Below are positions 48,072-57,980 of a stretch of 60,940 nucleotides of DNA, piece by piece (positions within the stretch are counted from its first letter, which is position 1; every line of letters starts with the position of its first letter). The DNA is taken from the NCBI GenBank assembly GCA_039586795.1, contig JBDHJS010000019.1, positions 1-60,940 on the forward strand, written 5' to 3'. This DNA comes from Gemmatimonadota bacterium. Lineage in GTDB: Bacteria; Gemmatimonadota; Gemmatimonadetes; Palauibacterales; KS3-K002. The translations under genes and the position numbers were made by a program. The notes beneath the pieces are model-generated. The model worked only from the letters and a program-made list of their open reading frames with translations, did no database searches and was not told the origin of the DNA.

Positions 48072-51000
48072 GTGAGACCCTACATCCCTAGAAGGACCCT
48101 AACCTGGACGCTTGTGGCGGCCGGGGCGGCCTTTCTCATCATCCTCCCCGCGCAGTGGACTGGTGCGCCCGGAATCCGCGGCCAGCAACCGTCAACGCTC
48201 ACACTCGAGCTTGCCCGGGCGCTCGATCGGGCGGGAGCGGCAGAGCGTGTTCCGGTGCTCATCGAGGTGCCACGCGTCGTCGTGCCCGAACCGCTGGCGC
48301 CTGATCGCTTGCGTCGCGCCGCGGAGCACGCCGGAAACCTAGCCACCGCCTACGCGTCCGTCGCCGAAGACCTCCGACGCTCATTGCCGATGGGGGCGTC
48401 CCTGGATCCATGGCCATCCTCGCTGCTCTGGATCGGCGGAGCTGTGAAGGCTGAGCTCACTCCCGATCAGATACGTTCGCTTCAAAGCTCGGCTCGCGTT
48501 CGGCGGATCTACTACGATGGATTGGTGGAGGTCCAGCTGTCGGCGCCGTCGCACGCGCCGATCCGCGTCTGGTCGCCCGGGCTTCCGCTGCAGGATCCGG
48601 CTGGCGGTCTCCCATGGGGGCTTCAGGTCATCGGTGCACCTGAGATGTGGAGCGCAGGCGCGACCGGCGAGGGCACGGTGATCGCGTCGATCGACAGCGG
48701 AGTCGACGGGGCTCATCCACTGTTGTGGCGCAAATGGAGAGGCCTGAGCATCGCACCTGAGCTTGCCTGGTTTGACCCCTGGGGCATCTCAGAAGTGCCG
48801 GTGGATGATGAAGGCCTTGCCGGGGTAGGGCACGGAACGTTCGTGATGTATACGGCGCTTGGGAGCCTGGAGCCCGGCGACACGTTGGTGACGCTCGCCG
48901 GCCCGCAGATCGTGCAGGAAGAGCTGGAAGTAGTGACCGGCGTTGCGCCGGACGCCGAGTGGGTGGCGGTGAACGGGTTCGAGGGGTTCGGCGGTGGGGA
49001 ATACACGAGGCTGTCTGTGCTGCTCCAGGCCATGCAGTGGGTTGTCGATCCCGATCACGATCCCTCCACATCGACCGATATCCCCGACGTCCTGAACAAC
49101 TCTTGGGGCTTCCGCTCGGACGGCTGCAACGGAGTTTTCGATCGAGCGATTGACGCTTTGGAGCTGGCGGGCGTACCGGTCGTCTTCTCCTCGGGTAATC
49201 GATCCGCCGGGTTGGACACGGTCGCCGCGCCCGGACAACGCGCCGATCTGCTGCTGAACGCGTTTTCGGTCGGCGCCGTCGAGATGCGCGACGGGGAGAT
49301 CGTCGTATCCCAGAACAGCCTCGGTGGTCCGTCACCCTGCGGGCCCAACGCGATCAAGCCCGAAGTCGTCGCCCCCGGTGAAGTGCCGGTGCTTTGGAAT
49401 CGTGGAGCCCGCACCGCAGAAGTCAGAGGGAGAAGCGGGGTCTTCACCTCTTGGGCTGCGCCTCACGTGAGCGGCTCGCTGGCTCTACTGGCCGGACTCA
49501 ACCCCGGTGCCAGCGCCGACGAGTTGAAGGACGCGCTCTACTCGACCGCCGACGACCTTCCGCCAAACGGACCCGATAACCGCAGCGGTAACGGGTTGAT
49601 CAACCTCGTTGCGGCCGCGAATCGGATCGGCGGACTGGGCGGCGTGCAAATCGCCGTGGCCGGTTGGGCGTGGCGGGAAGCGGGGAGTCAGCTGTCGATC
49701 AAGCTGTTGAATCAGGGGACCGAGCCATTCCTCGGCGGAACAGCCGAGCTGATCGCCGCGTCGGATGAATCGAGACTGGCAGCAGCTATAGCTCCAGCTA
49801 TCGGCCCGCGGGCCCGCGGCGAGATCGTCTTCGCGGAGCTGCCCGACTCGACCGCGGGCGCCAGGTTACGGCTTCGTCTAGAGAGCCAGGGAGCCAGCCT
49901 CAGTATCGCTATCCGCCTCACCGCACCTTCAGCGACGGGTATCGTACTCACCGACGGCTCGGTCGCCTTCGCGGTCGATGGGAATGGTCGCCTCGGTGGC
50001 GTCGCCTCGACGCCCGGTTTCGAATTTCTTGGTGACGACTGGCTCGCGGGAGGAGCGTACCTCTTCGAATCCGGGGCCAGAGTGTCTGACGCCGCTTACG
50101 TCGATGTGCTTCAGCAGCCGATGCTCAAGCGAGACGTCGTCGGTTCGGACACAGATTGGAGAAACGACACGGTTGATCGGCAATCGCCCGGCCGCATGTC
50201 GATGTCCTTCTTCGACGGCTATGCGTTGTACCCGCTCGGCGCCGACGTCGCCCAAGCCGCTGCCCTGGTCAGCCTCGGTGACACCGCAGCATTCGCGCTC
50301 CTCAGTTCCGTCGCCGCGTTCCAGAGCGCCAGTAACCCCTTGACCGGATTGCTGCTCGACTGGGATTTCGCCGGCCGCGACAGCGTCGGATGGGATGACG
50401 GCCTGGGCGCTTCCGTCGCCACTGCCGCGGACTCGAGCGGCCCGTGGATGGCCCTGACGGCGCTCCCGGCGCCTGCCACCCACGCTGCGCTCCCCTTGGG
50501 GACGCCGGACGGCCAGTTTTACGAAGCCGGTAGCGGCATCCTCTCTGCCCTGGAGGGCTTCACCGACTCCGAGAAATCTCGCTTCATGCGTCTGGGAGGA
50601 TTGCAGAGTTCGTTCGGCGGCGTCTCGGACTGGGCTCAGCTCGTCACCGTTGGCCCGGTGACCAACGGTGCATCCACGGTCTTCGTGATTGCCGCTGGTC
50701 GCTCTCGTCGTGCGCTGCGATTCGCCCTCGACAGCGCTAGAGTCGTTGCGCAGCAGGCTCCGCCCCAGCCGCCAATCGAGCCCGCGACCGCGGCCCTGAA
50801 CGCCAATCTGGTGCTACAACCAGCCTACCCGAATCCGTTCGACCCGTTCGATGTCGACGCCATTCGCATCCCGTTCCTGGTCGCTCGTGGATCAGATCCG
50901 GTGCGTGCAACCCTGCGCGTTTACACGGTCACCGGGACGATGATTTATGAAGAGCGGCGACAGCTTAGGCCCGAAAGCCCGCTGGAGCCCTTCGAATGGA

Positions 51001-51104
51001 ACGGCCGACTGTCCAACGGCGAGTTGGCGGCGTCCGGAGTGTACGGCTATGTGATCCGGGTGGGCGATGAGCGGAAATGGGGTAAGTTCCTCCTTCTGAA
51101 GTAA
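48072..51104 (+). CDS. S8 (subtilisin) family serine peptidase with C-terminal FlgD/T9SS-like domain
   Basis: IDSG (Asp), GHGT (His), NNSWG, SSGN, TSWAAPHV (Ser); C-terminal AYPNPF...WNG....G..AASGVY. Confidence 0.88.
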   Translation: MRPYIPRRTLTWTLVAAGAAFLIILPAQWTGAPGIRGQQPSTLTLELARALDRAGAAERVPVLIEVPRVVVPEPLAPDRLRRAAEHAGNLATAYASVAEDLRRSLPMGASLDPWPSSLLWIGGAVKAELTPDQIRSLQSSARVRRIYYDGLVEVQLSAPSHAPIRVWSPGLPLQDPAGGLPWGLQVIGAPEMWSAGATGEGTVIASIDSGVDGAHPLLWRKWRGLSIAPELAWFDPWGISEVPVDDEGLAGVGHGTFVMYTALGSLEPGDTLVTLAGPQIVQEELEVVTGVAPDAEWVAVNGFEGFGGGEYTRLSVLLQAMQWVVDPDHDPSTSTDIPDVLNNSWGFRSDGCNGVFDRAIDALELAGVPVVFSSGNRSAGLDTVAAPGQRADLLLNAFSVGAVEMRDGEIVVSQNSLGGPSPCGPNAIKPEVVAPGEVPVLWNRGARTAEVRGRSGVFTSWAAPHVSGSLALLAGLNPGASADELKDALYSTADDLPPNGPDNRSGNGLINLVAAANRIGGLGGVQIAVAGWAWREAGSQLSIKLLNQGTEPFLGGTAELIAASDESRLAAAIAPAIGPRARGEIVFAELPDSTAGARLRLRLESQGASLSIAIRLTAPSATGIVLTDGSVAFAVDGNGRLGGVASTPGFEFLGDDWLAGGAYLFESGARVSDAAYVDVLQQPMLKRDVVGSDTDWRNDTVDRQSPGRMSMSFFDGYALYPLGADVAQAAALVSLGDTAAFALLSSVAAFQSASNPLTGLLLDWDFAGRDSVGWDDGLGASVATAADSSGPWMALTALPAPATHAALPLGTPDGQFYEAGSGILSALEGFTDSEKSRFMRLGGLQSSFGGVSDWAQLVTVGPVTNGASTVFVIAAGRSRRALRFALDSARVVAQQAPPQPPIEPATAALNANLVLQPAYPNPFDPFDVDAIRIPFLVARGSDPVRATLRVYTVTGTMIYEERRQLRPESPLEPFEWNGRLSNGELAASGVYGYVIRVGDERKWGKFLLLK

Positions 51105-51117
51105 TTCCAGGCGCCGT

Positions 51118-51146
51118 TTGACACCGTTTGTGGGGCCGCCTAGCTT
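51118..51146 (+). promoter_or_regulatory. sigma70-type promoter of panBCD
   Basis: TTGACA (51118-51123) - 17 nt - TAGCTT (51141-51146). Confidence 0.7.
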
Positions 51147-51151
51147 GCATG

Positions 51152-51217
51152 CTCGTGCTGTCAAACCCCTGAAACAGAGAGAGTTGAGCGGTTTCCCGCT
51201 GACATTGACCCATCGAG
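51152..51217 (+). promoter_or_regulatory. Structured 5' leader of panB, possibly pan RNA motif-like
   Basis: Hairpin AACCCCTG-AAA-CAGAGAGAGTT with bulged As; second hairpin AGCGG-TTTC-CCGCT; enclosing GTCA/TGAC. Confidence 0.45.
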
Positions 51218-52045
51218 ATGTCTTCGAAGACAGATAAGCCGCAACGTCGGATAACGACCCTCCAGTTCATCGCTATGAAGGAACGCGGTGAACGGATCGC
51301 TGTGCTCACCGCCTACGACTATCTGATGGCCGGGTTGGTGGAGGATGCAGGCGTCGATTGTGTTCTCGTCGGGGACTCCCTCGGTCAAGTTGTTGCGGGC
51401 GAGGCTTCAACGCTGCCGGTCACGCTCGAGCAGATGATCTACCACGCTAAGGCCGTGGGTCGCGCATTGAAGAACGCGCTGCTCGTCGTGGATATGCCGT
51501 TCCTCACGTATCAGGTGTCGCCGGAAGAGGCGATTCGGAACTGCGGCAGGGTCCTTCAGGAGACCGGTGCGCAAGCGGTCAAGCTGGAAGGCGGCCACGA
51601 GATGATGGCGTCAACGATTCGCCGCGTCGTCGATGCCGGTATACCCGTGATGGGGCACCTGGGTCTTACACCGCAATCGGTTCACAAGTTGGGAGGCTAT
51701 CGGTTGGTCGGTCGCGCAGAGACCGAGCGCGAGCTGGCACTGGGAGATGCACAGAGGCTGGTGGACGCCGGCTGCTTCAGCATGGTCCTCGAGATGCTAC
51801 CCCGGGGGCTGGCGGGGGAAATCACCGCCGCGGTTCCGATCCCGACCATCGGCATCGGCGCGGGCCCCGACTGCGACGGCCAGGTGCTTGTTTTGCCTGA
51901 TATGTTGGGTCTCAATGAGGGGTTCAGCCCCGGCTTCCTCAAGCGTTATGCCGACCTCTCCGGCGTGGTACGAGGCGCGGTGGGGGATTACGTGCGTGAT
52001 GTGAAGGATGGGAAGTACCCGGGGCCCGAGCATTCCTACGAGTGA
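51218..52045 (+). CDS. panB: 3-methyl-2-oxobutanoate hydroxymethyltransferase
   Basis: LTAYD, LVGDSLG, DMPF, VKLEGG, GHLGLTPQ, IGIGAG, DGQVLV. Confidence 0.97.
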   Translation: MSSKTDKPQRRITTLQFIAMKERGERIAVLTAYDYLMAGLVEDAGVDCVLVGDSLGQVVAGEASTLPVTLEQMIYHAKAVGRALKNALLVVDMPFLTYQVSPEEAIRNCGRVLQETGAQAVKLEGGHEMMASTIRRVVDAGIPVMGHLGLTPQSVHKLGGYRLVGRAETERELALGDAQRLVDAGCFSMVLEMLPRGLAGEITAAVPIPTIGIGAGPDCDGQVLVLPDMLGLNEGFSPGFLKRYADLSGVVRGAVGDYVRDVKDGKYPGPEHSYE

Positions 52046-52064
52046 ATACCACGAACGCCCTGCC

Positions 52065-52934
52065 GTGAAGCTGGTTCATTCGATACCCGATGTAAGGACC
52101 GAGGTGGCTGCGGCGCGCCGTCGCGGCCGGCGCGTCGGTCTCGTCCCCACCATGGGTTTCTTGCACGAAGGACACCTCAGCCTCGTGGATCGCTGTCGCC
52201 AGCGCACCGATTACGTGGTGATGTCCATCTACGTCAACCCGCTCCAATTCGGCCCCCAGGAAGACCTGGACGCCTATCCCCGCAATTTGGAGCGTGATCT
52301 TTCCCTGGCAGAGGCTAGGGGCGTCGACATGGTTTTCGCTCCCGCCGATCGAGATCTGTATCCCGGTCCGCTCACGGCAACTGTGACACCGCAACGCCTC
52401 GCAGACCGACTCTGCGGTCTCCGTCGCCCGGGACACTTCGAGGGTGTGCTCACGGTGGTGGCCAAGCTGTTCGGCATAGTGCAGCCCGATGTGTCCGTCT
52501 TCGGCCAGAAGGACTTTCAACAAGCCGTTCTGATCGCTCGCATGGTCGACGACCTGAACATGCCGGTCGAGATCGACGTGGCGCCGACCGTACGCGAGCC
52601 GGACGGCCTCGCGATGAGCTCCCGAAACGAGTACCTGTCGGACGACGAGCGTGAACGGGCGCTCAGCCTGTCCCGTGGATTGGCCGCGGCCGTGGCGGCC
52701 TACCGTTCGGGGCAGCGGGATGCGGACAGCCTGAGAGCGGCGATCCGGAACAAGATGGAATTGGCCGGTCTGGACGTGGAGTACGTGGAAATCGTGGCAG
52801 CGGGCGACCTCGAGCCCGTGGAATCAGCAGCAGTTGACTGCGTCGCCCTCGTCGCGGCTCGCGTGGGTGCCACGCGGCTCATCGATAACGGCTATCTGGC
52901 GCGGCCCGATCCCGGCCTCGAAGGACTCATTTGA
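52065..52934 (+). CDS. panC: Pantoate--beta-alanine ligase
   Basis: VPTMGFLHEGH, VNPLQF, RPGHF.GV, FGQKD.QQ, GLAMSSRN, RLIDN. Confidence 0.97.
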   Translation: MKLVHSIPDVRTEVAAARRRGRRVGLVPTMGFLHEGHLSLVDRCRQRTDYVVMSIYVNPLQFGPQEDLDAYPRNLERDLSLAEARGVDMVFAPADRDLYPGPLTATVTPQRLADRLCGLRRPGHFEGVLTVVAKLFGIVQPDVSVFGQKDFQQAVLIARMVDDLNMPVEIDVAPTVREPDGLAMSSRNEYLSDDERERALSLSRGLAAAVAAYRSGQRDADSLRAAIRNKMELAGLDVEYVEIVAAGDLEPVESAAVDCVALVAARVGATRLIDNGYLARPDPGLEGLI

Positions 52935-53024
52935 AACCTAAGACGTCTCTTATAGCTTTATAGGTCTAGGAGGCCCGAAAGCAGCCTATAGGCCCTGCGG
53001 GGCAATCATAATAGAGAACAGAGC

Positions 53025-53396
53025 ATGCGACGAGAACTCTGCAAATCGAAGATCCACGGTGCCACGGTGACGGAGGCGAACCTCTACTACGAGGGGTCGC
53101 TGACCCTCGATATGGATCTCGCCGACGCCGTCGATCTGGTACCATACGAGCGTGTTCAGGTTGTGAACATCAACAACGGCTCACGGCTAGAGACCTACAT
53201 TCTTCCTGGCGAGCGTGGATCGGGTGTCGTGGCGCTGAACGGCGCTGCCGCCCGCCTCGGGACGGCTGGCGATCAGGTGATCCTCATCAGCTATGCTCAC
53301 TACGATGAGGCGGATGTCGTCGGGCACGAGCCGCGCGTCGTATTCGTAGACGAAGAGAATCGCATCCTTGACCGTGGACTCCGAGCCGCGCCCTGA
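53025..53396 (+). CDS. panD: Aspartate 1-decarboxylase
   Basis: KSKIH.ATVT, YEGS cleavage site, NG.RLETY, NGAAAR. Confidence 0.97.
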   Translation: MRRELCKSKIHGATVTEANLYYEGSLTLDMDLADAVDLVPYERVQVVNINNGSRLETYILPGERGSGVVALNGAAARLGTAGDQVILISYAHYDEADVVGHEPRVVFVDEENRILDRGLRAAP

Positions 53397-53444
53397 AGCC
53401 CGCCTGAACCCTCTTCGAGCCGCGGAACAGCGAACGGGCTCCGC

Positions 53445-54056
53445 ATGAACAAGCGAGCCTCGAGCGAAGCGCCGCTATTCATGACCGCTACGGAACTGCA
53501 TCCCGTCATCGCCGCCGCGGCCCGCGGTGAGTTGCCCGATTGGGCTCAGGTGAGTCCGGACCGCGTGCCGCACCTGCAACGCGTCGCCGCGCTGATGGAG
53601 CACTGGGCTACCTCTCTATTGCTCGATCCACGCGATCGCGCGCGTTGGGCGGCCGCCGCCTGGCTGCACGATGCCCTGCGCGACGCCGATCCCAGCTCCC
53701 TGGTCGATGTCGCCGGTGAGTATCCTAAGAAGGTACGTCACGGCCCGGCTGCGGCCGCCTGGCTGCGCGAGCTCGGCGTGAACGACGAGGAGCTGTTGCA
53801 GGCGATCGCCTATCACACCATCGGCCATACCGGGCTGGGCAGACTGGGCCGCTTCCTCTTCATGGCCGACTATCTTGAACCGGGACGCGAGTTCGAGAAC
53901 AGCGACAGGGAAGCGTTGAGGAATCGCCTCCCGGACGACGAGGCGGACGTGCTTCGCGAGGTTTGCGCGCGACGAATCATCTGGCGGCTTCGCGATAGGA
54001 AAGACCTTCTACGCGAGACCGTAGAGTTTTGGAACCAGTTGGTGGCTGACCGATGA
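53445..54056 (+). CDS. HD-domain hydrolase, YqeK-like
   Basis: R..H..RV, AAWLHD, HG...A, AIAYHT.G, FMADYLEPGR. Alternative start 53481. Confidence 0.85.
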   Translation: MNKRASSEAPLFMTATELHPVIAAAARGELPDWAQVSPDRVPHLQRVAALMEHWATSLLLDPRDRARWAAAAWLHDALRDADPSSLVDVAGEYPKKVRHGPAAAAWLRELGVNDEELLQAIAYHTIGHTGLGRLGRFLFMADYLEPGREFENSDREALRNRLPDDEADVLREVCARRIIWRLRDRKDLLRETVEFWNQLVADR

Positions 54057-54553
54057 GCGGATGGCTGAGAGGCGCGATCATCGCCGTTGTGTTCACCGTT
54101 GTGGGCGCGTTCGCCGCTTCACTTTGGCTCGAGATCCAGCGTGAGTCGGTGGAGTCTGACGATTCAGTGCCTGGCGTCTGGGAGGGGCGACGGATCCGCG
54201 TCGAAGTGCTCAACGGAGGCGGAGTCGCGGGTGCGGCGAACCAGGCGACCGAGCGGCTGCGGGGGCTCGCTTTTGACGTCGTTCACTACGGGAACCTCGA
54301 TCAGTTCGAAACTGACAACTCATACGTGATTGCGCGCATCGATGAAGTAGAGCCGGCGCTGCGAGCGGCGGACGCCCTGGGTATCCTCGAGATCGTCAGA
54401 GAGCCGGATCTCAGCCTCTCCCTCGATGTCACGGTCGTCTTGGGGGAGGATTGGTCGCCCCCCGTCGATTCGGTAGCGTACGACGACGTCGGCCCTATCG
54501 CTCTGTGGATGGATCGCTTCCGGCGCGCCGCGGGCAGACTGTGGCCCGGGTGA
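54053..54553 (+). CDS. LytR C-terminal domain protein
   Basis: N-terminal TM; VEVLNG.G..GAA......L...F....GN; DVTVVLG.D. Confidence 0.85.
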   Translation: MSGWLRGAIIAVVFTVVGAFAASLWLEIQRESVESDDSVPGVWEGRRIRVEVLNGGGVAGAANQATERLRGLAFDVVHYGNLDQFETDNSYVIARIDEVEPALRAADALGILEIVREPDLSLSLDVTVVLGEDWSPPVDSVAYDDVGPIALWMDRFRRAAGRLWPG

Positions 54554-54642
54554 TCGGATTGATGGGTCATGGGGGGCTGGTTAGCTTTCATCATTGGATT
54601 CGACGCAATCGTTGAGTTCACTGGGTTTTCACGGGATGACCG

Positions 54643-55164
54643 ATGCGAGATACCGGGTTTCAGAACGGGGCGTCTACCGCCCCTGGAGGGGCGAGCGCCC
54701 TCCGCCTGAGCGATATGCTGGCGGCGGAACGCGTGCATTTGCCGCTCGCTGGCCTGGACAAGGAGGCCATCCTTCGCGAGCTGGTGGATCTCGTCGTCGA
54801 CTCGATGGGTCTGGCAGGGGAGCGCGAGGCCGTCTACGAGGCGGTGGTCGAGCGAGAGAACGTCTTGAGCACCGGGATTGGCGATGGTGTGGCTCTGCCG
54901 CACGCAAAATACGGGGGGCTGAGCGACCTGGTCATCGCGGCGGGTGTCAGCGTCGAGCCGGTGGATTTTGGAGCTCTCGATGGCCGGCCGGCCAACCTGT
55001 TCTTCTTGATCCTGGGTCCCGACTCAGCGACTGCGTCTCATGTCCGCGTTCTGGCCCGGCTGGGCCGACTCTTGAGAGACGTCTCTCTCCACGAGCGGCT
55101 AGTCTCGGCCGAGAACGTGGAAGCATTCCTTCATACGCTCGCAGCTGCGGAACACGCGAGCTGA
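54643..55164 (+). CDS. PTS EIIA (PtsN/Fru-type) domain protein
   Basis: ERE..STGIG.GVALPH (phospho-His), DFGALDG.P, H...LA.L.RLL. Confidence 0.9.
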   Translation: MRDTGFQNGASTAPGGASALRLSDMLAAERVHLPLAGLDKEAILRELVDLVVDSMGLAGEREAVYEAVVERENVLSTGIGDGVALPHAKYGGLSDLVIAAGVSVEPVDFGALDGRPANLFFLILGPDSATASHVRVLARLGRLLRDVSLHERLVSAENVEAFLHTLAAAEHAS

Positions 55165-55180
55165 GAACTCATCCAACCGC

Positions 55181-56986
55181 ATGACGGATTCTCTATACAG
55201 CACATCCTATCGAACTCACATGGCGGGTGAGTTGCGCCGCGAGCACACCGGTCAAACCGTTCGGCTCGCCGGCTGGGTCCACCGCCGACGAGACCTGGGC
55301 GGCCTGGTCTTTATCGACCTGCGCGACCGCGCCGGCATCGTCCAGATATCTTGCGATCCTGATGTCCTTTCCGATGAGATCATGGAGCGGGCGCGTCGCT
55401 TGGGACCGGAGGTCGTGGTGGGCGTCGAAGGAGAAGTCGCCCCTCGACCTGGCGACGCCCTGAATCCTGATATGGCGACGGGTGAGGTCGAGGTTAAGGC
55501 GAGCGTCGTTGAACTACTGGCGCCTTCCGAAACGCCGCCAATCTACGTCGCTTACGGCGCCGACGATGAGCTGGCTTCAGAAGAACTGCGACTGCGTTAC
55601 CGTTTCCTCGACCTGCGTCGGCCGGAAATGCTGCGCAACTTCGAGCTCCGGCACCGGGTCTTTCAAACGATCCGACGCTCGCTGGATGAACTGAATTTCG
55701 TTGACGTCGAGACGCCGATGTTGACGCGGCCGACGCCTGAAGGCGCCAGGGATTACATCGTCCCAAGCCGCGTGAACCCGGGAGAGTTCTATGCTCTGCC
55801 CCAGTCGCCGCAGCTCTACAAGCAGATACTCATGGTTTCCGGGTTCGACCGGTACTTCCAAATCGCGCGCTGCCTACGAGACGAAGATCTGCGCGCCGAT
55901 CGTCAGCCTGAGTTCACTCAGCTCGATCTCGAGATGTCGTTCGTTGGCGAAGAAGATGTCTGGTCGACCATCGAAGTGGTGATGGCGGCCGTCTGGAGCG
56001 ATGTCGCGCGACGCACGGTCGACCGACCGTTCGCGCGCATGACGTACCGCGACGCCCTCGAGAAGTACGGAACCGACAAGCCCGACCTGAGAATCCCCTG
56101 GGAACTGGACGACCTGAGTGATGATTTGCGGGCCACGGAATTCCGAATCTTCCGTGGCACGATCGATGACGGCGGCAGGGTCCGCGGCTTCCGCGTGCCG
56201 GGGGGTGCCGGGCTGAGCCGCAAAGCGTTAGACCAACTGGATGCTCTGGCCCAGGGCGCCCGTGCGGCAGGCGCTTTGTGGACCAAGATCACGGAGGACG
56301 GCGCCCAAGGCGGTTTCGGCAGCAAGATCTCCCGATCGGAGCTGGACGCGCTAAAGGCGCGCCTCGATGCAGGCGCGGGCGACTTGATTGTCGCTGTGGC
56401 CGGCGTCGATCGCGTGACGAGCCCGGCTCTCGACATCTTGCGGCGTCATCTGGGGTCTGTCATGCAGGTCATTGAGGAGGGTGATCGTTTCCTTTGGGTC
56501 ACCGAGTTCCCGCTCTTCGAGCCCGATCCCGAGAGCGGCGAGCCGATGCCGAGTCACCACCCGTTCACCGGTCTGCACCCGGACGACCTTGACCTGTTGG
56601 AGACGGATCCGCTGAACATCCGATCTCGAGCCTACGATCTGGTTTATAACGGCTCGGAGTTCGGAAGTGGGAGCATCCGAATCAACCAGCCGGACCTTCA
56701 ACAACGCGTCCTCGCGGTATTGGGCATCGATGCCGAGGAGGCGAAGCGGAAGTTCGGATTCCTACTCGAGGCGTTCAAGTACGGCGCGCCGCCCCACGGA
56801 GGCTTCGCCATCGGCCTCGACCGCGTCGTCATGCACCTCGCCGGTGGCTCGTCGTTGCGCGAGGTTATCGCCTTTCCAAAAACCACAGCGGCGCGAGCGC
56901 TGATGGAAGGCGCGCCATCGCCCTTGGCGACAGGCGATCTGGAGGGGTTGGGTATCGAGTTGGCGGAAGAAGAAACTGATGGCTAA
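55181..56986 (+). CDS. aspS: Aspartate--tRNA ligase
   Basis: GWVHRRRDLGG, TPEGARDY, LPQSPQLYKQ, RDEDLRADRQPEFTQLD, GAPPHGG.A.G.DR, FPKT. Confidence 0.97.
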   Translation: MTDSLYSTSYRTHMAGELRREHTGQTVRLAGWVHRRRDLGGLVFIDLRDRAGIVQISCDPDVLSDEIMERARRLGPEVVVGVEGEVAPRPGDALNPDMATGEVEVKASVVELLAPSETPPIYVAYGADDELASEELRLRYRFLDLRRPEMLRNFELRHRVFQTIRRSLDELNFVDVETPMLTRPTPEGARDYIVPSRVNPGEFYALPQSPQLYKQILMVSGFDRYFQIARCLRDEDLRADRQPEFTQLDLEMSFVGEEDVWSTIEVVMAAVWSDVARRTVDRPFARMTYRDALEKYGTDKPDLRIPWELDDLSDDLRATEFRIFRGTIDDGGRVRGFRVPGGAGLSRKALDQLDALAQGARAAGALWTKITEDGAQGGFGSKISRSELDALKARLDAGAGDLIVAVAGVDRVTSPALDILRRHLGSVMQVIEEGDRFLWVTEFPLFEPDPESGEPMPSHHPFTGLHPDDLDLLETDPLNIRSRAYDLVYNGSEFGSGSIRINQPDLQQRVLAVLGIDAEEAKRKFGFLLEAFKYGAPPHGGFAIGLDRVVMHLAGGSSLREVIAFPKTTAARALMEGAPSPLATGDLEGLGIELAEEETDG

Positions 56987-57980
56987 TCGCACGACAAACG
57001 CCTCGGCTGTCGTCCAGCACCGTATTCCGGCGGAGGGCGCGGATCAGTTGATCCTCGCGGGCGTGAACGATGCGAACTTGCAGGAGTTGGCACGGCTCTG
57101 CGGCTGTCGCGTGGTGCTCAGAGACGACCACGTCGTGTTGTCCGGAACGCTGGCCGAAGTGGAACGCTGCGTTCCCGTGGCCCAGCGGATGGTCGACCAG
57201 GCGTTGATGGAGAAACCGTTCTCGGTTGCGGACATCAAGCGGTTTGCCGAAGAGGCGGCTGAGAGCAATGGCCTCGCGCCTACCGAGCTCGACCAGGCCA
57301 AGATCCTGCTACCGGGTACGCGCAAGATCATCACACCCAAATCGGCGGGTCAAAAACAATACGTCGAAGAGATCGCCGGCAAAGAAATTGTTATCGGCAT
57401 AGGCCCGGCAGGGACGGGCAAGACGTACCTTGCCGTCGCGATGGCCGTCGATGCTCTACACAAGAAGCGGCTTCGCCGAATCGTGCTGGTGCGTCCCGTC
57501 GTCGAGGCCGGCGAGCAGCTCGGCTTCCTCCCCGGCACGCTGGAAGAGAAAGTCGATCCCTATTTGCGGCCGCTCTACGACGCACTGGGCGACATGATGC
57601 CGCCCGATCAGATGCGCCGACTGCTGGAGAACCGGACGCTCGAAATCGCGCCCCTCGCCTACATGCGTGGACGTACGCTCTCCGATGCTTTTGTGATTCT
57701 CGACGAAGCGCAGAACACGACGACCGCCCAGATGAAGATGTTCCTGACGCGGTTGGGCGTGAACTCGAAAGCCGTGATTACCGGTGACAAGACACAAATC
57801 GACCTGCCGCGGCGCGAGGATTCGGGACTACTGGACGTCGAGCGAATCCTCAAAGGGATCGATGGCATCTCGTTCGTGTATCTCACCGAGATCGATGTTG
57901 TCCGCCATCGCCTTGTGAAGGATATCATCAAGGCGTACGCACGCGGGCAGAACGATACGGCCGACCGGGAGGCCGAATGA
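56979..57980 (+). CDS. phoH: PhoH-like ATPase (YbeZ type)
   Basis: GPAGTGKT, RP.VEAGE.LGFLPG, AYMRGRTL, DEAQN, VRH.LV. Confidence 0.95.
   Translation: MANRTTNASAVVQHRIPAEGADQLILAGVNDANLQELARLCGCRVVLRDDHVVLSGTLAEVERCVPVAQRMVDQALMEKPFSVADIKRFAEEAAESNGLAPTELDQAKILLPGTRKIITPKSAGQKQYVEEIAGKEIVIGIGPAGTGKTYLAVAMAVDALHKKRLRRIVLVRPVVEAGEQLGFLPGTLEEKVDPYLRPLYDALGDMMPPDQMRRLLENRTLEIAPLAYMRGRTLSDAFVILDEAQNTTTAQMKMFLTRLGVNSKAVITGDKTQIDLPRREDSGLLDVERILKGIDGISFVYLTEIDVVRHRLVKDIIKAYARGQNDTADREAE

Noticed and set aside
52935..53024. AT-richer panC-panD spacer with TATAGG/CCTATA pairing
   Set aside because: Short competing stems, no bulged-A pattern or poly-T; cannot support a regulatory call.
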